64,000 nt of DNA from Hyaloraphidium curvatum SAG 235-1 (lineage: Eukaryota; Fungi; Monoblepharomycota), in NCBI GenBank assembly GCA_025558095.1, contig JAIVFI010000023.1, positions 124,001-188,000 of the forward strand, read 5' to 3'. The notes below the pieces were generated by a model. The model was not told the origin of the DNA. It did not search any database and saw only the letters and a program-made list of their open reading frames with translations. Positions 58,167 to 64,000 of the stretch are shown one piece after another. Made by a program: the position numbers and the translations under genes. Numbering within the stretch: position 1 is the first letter of the stretch; each line of letters begins with the position of its first letter.

Positions 58167-59082
58167 ATGGCGTCCTCCCGCATTCTCTTCGTGTTCGACT
58201 TTGACAAGTAATGTCGAGCTCTGCCACTCCGCCGGGATTGGCCGTGGGAGGCCAACTGACGACCTCCTCCTTTCTCTCGCTCTCGGATCTTCTCCATGAC
58301 CCCACGGCGCTCGGTTGGCGAACATTAGTACCCTGGTTCAGACCGACAGTCAGCTCCATGTTATGCAGAACCTCGCGTCTAAGGAGCAGGGCGCCCGGTT
58401 CGAGGCGGAGATGAACTCTTTCCTCGCCGAGGAAGGAGCGGACTGGCAGGAACTGTGGTTGAGCTGGATGGAATCTTTGTGGCAAGAGCACGGGAAAGCC
58501 CTGCCCGATGCTTTCCACGGAAGCCTTTTGGACATTCCGATGCACGAGGGGACGGTCAGCCTCCTGCAGACCGTCAGATCCAAGTTCTGCGACAACGCAA
58601 AGATGGTGATCCTCTCCGACGCCAACACGACCGAGATCCGGTCCGTTCTGAGGCACAAAGGACTGGAGGAACACTTCCATGACATCGTGGCTCACGAGAG
58701 TGGTTTCCGTGAGGACGGCAAGCTCTTTGCCGTCTCCCGCGGCCGGGATCGGCGCCATACCTGCGAAGTCAGAGATACCCATCTCGGCATGTGCAAGGGG
58801 ATCGAGCTGAGGGAGTATTTGAAGTCTCTGGAGAACGAACACAAGCCTCACATTGTAGTTTACTGCGGCGACGGTTTTAACGACGTTTGTGGCGTTCTCG
58901 GCGCCTTGGGCGAGAGCGATTACGTGCTGGCGCTGCGGGGCGCGGCCCTGCACACCTCGCTGGAACAGATGAAGGCCGAGAAGCCGGAATCGGTCAAGCC
59001 GACCGTTCTTGCCTGGACGGACGGTGCGGAACTGGAGAAGCTGGCCTTGGACATATTGCGGCACCACACGCAGAGCGATTGA
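58167..59082 (+). CDS. PHOSPHO1/2-like HAD phosphatase (pyridoxal-phosphate/phosphoethanolamine phosphatase family)
   Basis: MASSRILFVFDFDN|TLVQTDS (intron 58208-58328) restores HAD motif I; ILSDAN, MCKG, YCGDGFNDVC. Confidence 0.9.
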
Positions 59083-59129
59083 ATTTTTGTTGCCGAATAT
59101 TTACAAGGCCCGGGCAGAGGCTGAGAAGG

Positions 59130-60899
59130 TCATTCGGAGGCGACGGTTTGGCCGGCTGGTTGCGATGCCACGCCGGTTTCGTTCGCCGCGGGAGGGCTGA
59201 TCTCTGCCTCGATGACCTTGCCGGCGGTGGGCGTCGCTTTGGCAAGTTCAGTAACGCGCTGCAAAGCCTGGGCTGGATTGTGCTTGAACTGCATGAGGTA
59301 CCCTGCCGCAAGTCGGATTAGTTGAGCGCTTGAATACGATTATGTGCCCCTTGCCTTGAATCTGCGCCATGCTGAACGCCTTGTCCGGAATCTGCGCTGC
59401 GAATGCCTGTGCAAGGCCGTCCAGCTCGCTCGGCGTGATGTTGGGGAATGGTCCGGACGCATGCTCTCCAGTCGACATCTTCACCATCGATTTCTCTGCA
59501 GATTGTGCTGTAGCAGAGGCCGCTTTGGCGTCCATTGCTGCAGCGTAAGTGGGGGGTTCGTTGCCCTGACCCGAGCTTTCCACGATCGCCTGGGCGACCC
59601 GCGACGCCTCCACGTCCTCGAGCGAGATGCCGCCGTAGAACTTGCGGAAGAGCTCCGCGGCCTGCCACTGCGAGGCGCGGTCAAAGAGCACCTGGACATC
59701 GATCCGTCCGGGCCGGATCAGTGCCGGATCGAGGCGCTCGATGTGGTTGGTCGTCATGCAAAGAATCCTCCCCTCCTGGGCGGCGACACCGTCGATCGCG
59801 TTGAGCAGCCCCGAGAACGTGAGCGACCCGGCAGCCTTGCCGGTCGCGCTCCCGTCCAGTTCGCGCGACACGAAAGCGGCGTCGACGTCCTCGAGCAAGA
59901 GCACGCACCGCGCCGGGGTCATGGACATGAGCTCAATCAGGTTGTCGTCCGTGAGGCCCCGGTTCGAGAGCGAGAGCACGTAGATGTTGAGTCGGAGGGC
60001 GCCGGCGAGTGCGGAAACGAACGAAGTCTTGCCAGTTCCCGGCGGTCCGTAGAAAAGGTAGCCTGCGCGAAGGTTAAAGCTCTCGTGGAGGTCCAAAGCA
60101 ATTGCAGCGACAACCCACCTCTCCGATAGGGAATGCCTCGGTTCCCATACCAGTTTTCACTCCCCAGAAACTCGACCACGTCCCTCAAGATTTCCACCTT
60201 CACGCCGCGCTCCATCACCACGCTCTCCAGCGGCCTCACGGGCCTGCTCCTCGTCCGGCGCCAGTTTCCGTACCCGTCCGCGGCAAACACCACAGTCCGC
60301 CCTTTTTCTTTGGCGATGTAGGCCCGCGCCGCGCTCTGGATCAAGCTGATGAGCGGAGCCCGGGAGCGCCCGAGCAGGGTGACCGTGAGCCTCTCCGAGG
60401 CCGGCTGGTTCGCGGCGACCATCTGGCCCTGGTTCTGGCGCGTCCGCGAGATGTACAGCAGGCGCCCGTTGTAGGGGAAGATGTGGTCCCCCGGGCTCGG
60501 AAGGAAGAAGACGCGGGGCATGTTGAACCCGAACCCCGCGGCATCGTCGTCGTCCTGGGTCCGGGCACCGGCCCGGATCGTCGTGGCCACAGCAAAACGC
60601 GATGTGGTCTTTGCCAGCGACGATTCCGATAGGTACGAGAGCAGCCAGGTGTACGATTCGTCCCGCGAGTCGAACTCCATCTCCACCGTGAGGTTTCGTT
60701 TCGCAAACTCGACGGCCCATGTCCGGAACGTGTTGGCGACCGCAAAAGCGCCTCCGATGGCCGCGAGCTTGATGCCCTCGATGACCAGGCGGTTTCGGAT
60801 CCCCAGGGTCCCGGCGAAGCTGACGGCCAGGGACTCGAGCAACTCGAAGGGCGTTGTGGGCTCCGGAGCAGCCGCGGAGCCAGCAACCTGGAGCGCCAT
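59130..60899 (-). CDS. BCS1: Mitochondrial BCS1-like AAA ATPase, 2 introns (one GC-AG)
   Basis: D.SY.WLL, P.PG.H...Y, RPL.SV, WY..RGIPYRR|GYLFYGPPGTGKTSF, LLEDVDAAF, LTFSGLLNAIDGV, MTTNH.ERLDPALIRPGR, MAQIQ|GYLM.FK.NP; stop 59130-59132. Confidence 0.92.
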
Positions 60900-61132
60900 C
60901 GTCGCTGCTCCTGCAAGCAACGAGGCGTTCCGGCGTCAGGGTCTCCCGCCCTTCTGAGAAGGGGATCGCGCGTGCGGCCGCTCACAATGCTTCGGGGCGT
61001 CGCATGCTTGCAGCCAGCGAGACAGGAAACAGTCAGATAGTAATCAGAGTGAAGAAAGTGCATTGTACATCAATGTCGTGGCCTCGTCCGAGCGAACAGT
61101 CGTCCATGCAGCCAGAGCGTCTACCAATCGTC

Positions 61133-62869
61133 TCACTGCGCACCATCGGCGGCCGGCTTGCGGGCTCGGAGACGGCTTCCCCTCTGCAGTGCATCGGGGT
61201 GAGAAGGAGCAATCCACGCAGCTCGGGCATGCACGAACCTGCCAGCTCTCCGTCACCCCACCCGGCCTCCCGGCGTTCTCCTTCCCACCGCCGCGCTTCG
61301 CACCCTCCTCCCCGTACCCGCCACCCCGCCCTTTCTCGTCCGCCTCCTCGCCAAGGATCCCATCTACCAGCTTCCGGATCGCCTCCCTCTCCTTGCCCTT
61401 CCAGTCCTTTGCGATCCGCGCGCGGAAGATCGGGAGCGAGATCGCGTCCTCGGGCGTGATCCTGTTTCCGGGCGCCCAGCAGAGCATGCGCTGCGGATGG
61501 CGGGCTGGTCAATCCCCCTGCCATCCTTGTCTTCGGCGCTGCACCGACCTTTGTGAGTCGCAGCACCTCCACCGCATCGGCCTCGCCCTCCCTCCCGTCC
61601 ACCAGATCGTATAACCACCCCGCCCCGCCCGCCGCCCTCTCGAACGCCCTCTCCAGCCTCCCCACGCCCGCCGGATCGTGCTCCCTCGCCGCATCCAGCA
61701 CCGCTTGCCTCTCTCCCCGCGGCGGCGCGCCGATCCTCCTCGCCACGTGCTCGAGCTCCGCCGCCATGCCGTCGCGGCCGTCCCCGCGGAAGACAACGGA
61801 GCCGGAGAGCATCTCGCCGAGGACGGTGCCGAGGCCCCAGGCGTCGACGGCGTGGGAGTAGGGCGTGCGGAGGGCGATCTGCTCGGGGGAGCGGAAGAGA
61901 TCCGTGCCGTACTGGAGGGCGGGTCAGGGTGGCAGGCGGTGCGGTCCAGGAGACCTACGCCGGGAGAGAGGGGACCCCAAGAGAGGGAAAGCCGCCGGGC
62001 CTGGCCCATGTCCGTGAGCACGAGCCTGCCGTCTTTGGTGATGAGGAAGTTGCTGGGCGGTCGATGGATGTCAGTGATTCCCACGCTCGCGTCCAGCCAG
62101 AACAGCTCACCAGCTCTTGATGTCGCGGTGCACGATGCCGTGCCGCTTGAGGTGCAGCAGCGCGGCGAGCGCCTGGTGCGAGTACGAGACGACGGTGTCG
62201 ATGGGCATCCTGGCCGTCGCCCTGTCGATCTCCTGGGACAGGCTCTTGGCGGCCTTGTCCATGACGATGAGCGAGTCGGTGCCGGGGATGCGGTCCATGC
62301 CCGCGAGCTCCCTGTCCATCGAGGCGATGAGGGTTGAGAGGCCGACCATGTTGACGTTTCTGGTGTCGGGAACGAGCACGTCTCGGACTTTGACTATTCC
62401 GGGGAGACCGCCGAGCTGCTTTGCGAGCACTGCCTCCCGGAGCTGCCAAGCGTCGAGCGCCGTGGACGACCCGACGTCGGCGCTCGACACGTCGACCTTC
62501 TTGACGGCGAGCACGGTGCCGGAGCCCTTCTTCTTTGCCTCCTCGACGCGGCCCTGCCCTCCCTCGCCGATGAGCTGTCCGGAGAAGATGTAGCGCATTG
62601 CGACGGAGGAGAGCAGCTTCCCCGGCGGGGTCCCTGGGGCCCGGGCCGCCGAGCGTTCTAGCGAAGGAGCCTTGCTGACCGAGAAGATGGTGGTGTTCCC
62701 GGACGTAATTGCGGTCTTGTTCGGCGGGCTTGCGGGCTTCGGTGCGTGAAGGGGGACGGGTCAGCGAGAGCAGGTTGGGACCGATGCGGGGCCCCACATC
62801 GCCGGGGGGCACCTCTCCGTCGATGTTCTTTCCGTTTCCGCGTCCCGCTGCCGACCTGCGGAGGAGCAT
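61133..62869 (-). CDS. CDK/CMGC-like Ser/Thr protein kinase with DMG in place of DFG, multi-exon
   Basis: IGEGGQG.V, LAVKKV, LRE, HRDIKS|CNFLI, TDMGQAR, GTDLFRSPE, Y...VDAWGLG.VLGEML, ML..AP..RIT...A. The 5' exon (ATG 62869) and 3' end are inferred from splice signals. Confidence 0.75.
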
Positions 62870-62950
62870 CGTGGGGTTCTGTTGTGTGCTTCGAGGGGTG
62901 TATTTGGGTGTGGGCGACAGCGTCCTCTCGCCCATCTGCCCAAGGAAACC

Positions 62951-64000
62951 ATGGCAGCGCGGGCGGCCGACTGGTCGCAGCTGTTCACGGGGCGGCACCC
63001 GCCGTCGGCGGTCGCCGCCGCGCTCGCGCCGCAGCTCGGCCCGAACCCGCCGGCGCCCGCCGCGCTGTACCAGAACGTGCCGGCGATCTGCTCGTGGCTG
63101 CTCGGCTCGCAGGGCCGCGGGGGCGCCGTCCACGCGCCGCAGCCCGCAGCCGAGGAGGCCGCGCTGGCCGGCATGCTCGCGCCGCCGAGCGGGTCGCTGT
63201 TCCGCGCCGCGCTCGCAATGGCCGGGGACGCGATGCTGTACGAGGTGCCGCTGAGCGCCCTGCCGCGGCCCACGCAGGCGCTCCTGGACACGGCGGAGCG
63301 TTCGCAGCTGCCGGCCCTGCTGCGCTCCCGCATCCACGCCGCGCCGGGCGCGGGGGACGGCAGCCACGTGCTCGCGCCCGGCAAGAGCGACCAGCAGATC
63401 CTGATTCGGATGACCGTGTGCGAGGTGAATTGCATTCGCGTCCGACGCCTCCGCACGCGTTCTCACGCCCCGGGCAGTACTTTCTCTTTGTCTTTCTGCT
63501 CGCAGGGACGGCATTCACGGCCGCAGCACCTGCTCTGCAGCCCCGGCCGGCCGTTTCCGGCGCACCCGCAACGGTCAACTCTCCCCCAGCCTTTTACCTG
63601 ACGCTGCTCTCGTCCTACGCGCGCTTCTTCCTCCCTCCGGAGCCTGGAGCACGTACCGACACCCGCACCGAGCCCTCCTCCCCCACCGCCGCGCGCCGCG
63701 CCTCCATCGCACCCGTCCTCGCCCGCGGCGCCTCCTTCTTCGCCGCCCGCACAGCAACGCAGCCCGCTCCGACCGGCGGCGCAGAGCAGCGCCCCGACGA
63801 GCCCAACGTCTTCACCCTCGTACCATCCGCGGACCTCGCCAGCGCCCTCTCCGAATTCTTCTGCGACGCGCTGGCGGAGCTGTTCCTGGGCCAGAACGCG
63901 CTGCCGACTCCCGGCGTCGCCCCGCGCGACCCTTACGTCAGGCCGCCGCTGGTGGTAATCAGGGGCACCGCGGACATCGTGCGGATGCTGCAGGGCGCGG
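62951..64000 (+). CDS. Sphingomyelin phosphodiesterase 4 (SMPD4/nSMase3)-like protein, 5' part (runs off window end)
   Basis: L.P.SG.LF......YE.PLS.LP.P.Q..L, FYL.LL..Y..FFLP, SE.F...L.EL.L.Q resemble conserved SMPD4 blocks as I recall them. Confidence 0.55.

Overview
This is eukaryotic DNA, not prokaryotic. It is GC-rich and gene-dense, with short spliceosomal introns (mostly about 50-65 nt; GTGAGT/GTGGGT/GTNCGT donors, CTRAY-like branch points, YAG/AAG acceptors). Gene content (CE4 chitin deacetylase, FEX, NAT1, GTB1, BCS1, OAC1-like carrier, UBL3, SMPD4-like) suggests an early-diverging fungus, possibly a Monoblepharidomycete such as Hyaloraphidium; that assignment is inference only. I reconstructed about 36 genes and gene remnants by hand, and many long ORFs in the supplied track are antisense or off-frame shadows. 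Main points: (1) three members (one intact, one frameshifted, one a 3' fragment) of a multi-TM family whose C-terminus resembles gustatory-receptor-like 7TM ion channels; (2) about ten bacterial-looking genes at different stages of intron gain (GlnT-type glutamate-ammonia ligase, D-aminoacylase, two SnoaL, two PhyH, HCCA isomerase, RfnT-like MFS, MAPEG, short M8 protease, SdrD/Ig-like secreted pair), with several enzymes ending in PTS1-like tripeptides; (3) a frameshifted U-box/SAM-like/USP7-UBL chimera and a decayed MIOS/SEA4 fragment in frame behind a UBA gene; (4) three GC-AG introns and several exons absent from the ORF track. No rRNA, tRNA, CRISPR or transposase was recognised. All homology calls come from motif recognition by eye, with no database search.
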